DNA of 18,532 nt, from assembly GCA_000388065.2 (NCBI GenBank), contig KB932204.1; one strand, written 5' to 3'. The notes beneath the pieces were generated by a model. That model saw nothing but the letters and a program-made list of their open reading frames with translations, was not told the origin of the DNA and searched no databases. Positions 16,911 through 18,532 of this stretch are shown here, in pieces; position 1 is the stretch's first letter; every line of letters starts with the position of its first letter. Made by a program: the position numbers and the translations under genes. The DNA is from Fonticula alba ATCC 38817. Its lineage: Eukaryota; Protista; Nucleariida.

Positions 16911-18354
16911 ATGGACACTCTAGCCAGCCGCCAGGCGCCGGCCCACGGCCGCCTTGGCTCTCTGGCCTGCCTCCTGCTTCTGGCCCTGCTACCGGCGATG
17001 TCGGCCGCTGCGAAGCTCCGGGTGTCGGTGTCGCGCCCGCACCCGCCCGCGCACCGCCTCCAGCTCTGGATGTGCGTGGCCCCCTCCTCGCAGGCCCGAT
17101 TCCCCCCTTCTGCCCTCTCTTGACTGTGCCCCTGTTGAGGCCATTCGCCCGTGTCTGTGTCTTCCGTCAGCTCGCTCCCCGCGCCCCCCCCCCCCCCCCC
17201 CCCCCCCCCGCCCCCCCGCCTCCCCTGCCATAAGCTGATGCCTGATCGCCCCTCCCCTGCCCTCCTGCCGACCGACAGCGACACTCCCCTTGACGAGGGC
17301 ACCTGCGTGGTCTTGGCCTCCGGGCCGGGCGTCAACCGCCGTCTGGGCAACCCGCTGCTCCCGTCGGTGGTCAAAGTCCGGCCGATGGCCCAGCCCGCCG
17401 GGCATGATCGCGAGCACCACCACGATGCGGCTGACGAGTTGCATGTGCACAAGCGCACCGACCTGGCCGGGCTGCTGACGTCGGTTCACGCCCCCGACGC
17501 CTCCCTGACACAGGGGTCCATCAGCGAGATCTTTGCCCCCTCGGTCACCCGGGCATATGACTTGGCCCGGCTGCGTCACGGTTGCAACACCTTCCTGGAC
17601 ATCGATGAGGCCCTCGGGCAGCTGGACATGGTCGCCCCGCGCTACGAGGCCCCGCACCATGGTGTGGGCGCCTTCAACACGACTGACGAGATTGTGCGTT
17701 GGGCCTTCCCCCCGGGCGTGTGCTCCTGCCCCCTGTGTGTGTGTGTGGGGGGGGGGGGCAGCTCTTTCATCTCTCTTGGGCATGGTGGCAGCAGGGAGCC
17801 CGGGGCTTGCGGGTGGGCCTGGCGAGCGGGTCCACCTGCCTCTGCCGGCGAATGCCCGGCCTGTAGCCGTCTCTAACTTTCAGGGTCGAACGATCTTCCA
17901 CTTCCTCCGGCGCCGGGCAATCCGCTCGTCAAGGTGGACCTCGCTGTGTCTGGCGAGCCCCTCAACCGCATTGACATTGTTTTCATGGTGTGTTCCTTTT
18001 GGGCGTGGTGCTGCCTTTCCGCATGGTTGTTTCCCCCCCCGAGCCCAAACTGACCCGGCTCGCGGGCGATTCACAGGGTGACGGCTACACCGGCCCCGAG
18101 CGTGGGCTCTTCATGAGCGACATGCGTCGGATGACGGACGACCTTTTCGACTCGCCGACTTTCTACTCGTATCTGCCGCTCTTCAATGTCTGGGGCTTGT
18201 ACCGGCCGTCGGTGGATTCCGGCATCGGCGTGGACAGCACCCCGCGCAACACCTCCTTCGGGCTGTACCGCGTGGGCACCGAGCTGCGGGCTATCTACAC
18301 CTCGCGCCCGCTGGAGGCCCTGCGCGCATGCCACGCTCTCGGTGACGGCAACTG
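16911..18354 (+). CDS. Secreted M64-family (IgA peptidase-like) metallopeptidase, 5' partial; exons 16911-17071, 17279-17693, 17934-17987, 18077-18354, continuing beyond the window
   Basis: Signal-peptide-like N-terminus (..GSLACLLLLALLPAMSAAA). Spliced motif SGEPLNRIDIVFM|GDGYT..FMSDMRR, then FNVWGLYRPSVDSGIG and TSFGLYRVGTELRAIY, match the M64 N-terminal catalytic region (NRxDxVFxGDGYT). Donors GTGCGT (17072, 17694, 18355) and GTGTGT (17988). The acceptors at 17278 and 17933 are the least certain; alternatives exist at 17170 and 17883. The HEXXH motif is expected downstream and is not in the window. Confidence 0.83.
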
Positions 18355-18439
18355 GTGCGTCTACGTCCTCCTTTGCCGGGCTGCTTGTCGAGGCACTTGC
18401 TGACGATTTCCCTGCCCCCGTCTCCGCTTCCGCCTCCTC

Positions 18440-18532
18440 CCCCCCCTCTCTCTCTTTCTCTCTCTCTCTCTCTTTCTCTTTCTCTTTCTCTCTCTCTCTC
18501 TCTTTCTCTTCCTCTCTCTCTCTCTCTCTCTC
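18440..18532. repeat. (CT)n/T-interrupted polypyrimidine microsatellite in M64 gene intron 4
   Basis: CT repeat with TT interruptions running to the window end. Confidence 0.85.

Noticed and set aside
3582-18354. Idea that the 7-TM protein, cullin, tRNA and peptidase form a functional cluster
   Set aside because: Eukaryotic neighbours with different orientations and compartments, no shared motifs, and no synteny evidence available; adjacency alone is not support.
1-18532. CRISPR arrays, transposons, rRNA or telomeric repeats
   Set aside because: No spacer-separated repeats, transposase/RT ORFs, terminal repeats, rRNA motifs or TTAGGG-type arrays were seen.

Overview
GC-rich eukaryotic nuclear DNA from a gapped draft assembly (six N runs: 1206-1216, 2720-3541, 5281-5441, 6025-6380, 12344-12813, 14673-14978). 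It looks like a unicellular, opisthokont-like genome; the species cannot be determined from this window. I reconstructed three intron-containing genes by hand, and every exon join is phase-consistent. (1) A + strand 7-TM protein of the THH1/TOM1/TOM3 (DUF1084, GPR137-like) family at 3582-5238, 3 exons, 426 aa. (2) A - strand divergent Cul1/Cul2-type cullin at 12149-7269, 8 exons, 1065 aa. (3) The 5' part of a + strand secreted M64-family (IgA peptidase-like) metallopeptidase at 16911-18354, running off the window. An intronless tRNA-Leu(AAG) lies on the - strand at 6543-6465. Most other ORFs in the track are GC-rich shadows or are bridged by Ns. I see no evidence that these genes form a linked novel system. 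The best leads are the divergent cullin (altered Rbx1-strand and NEDD8-site context, large insertions, possible isoforms) and an unusual splice-site pattern: GTGCGT donors with no +4 A, AAG and (CA)n-AG acceptors, and distant branch points with decoy AGs.
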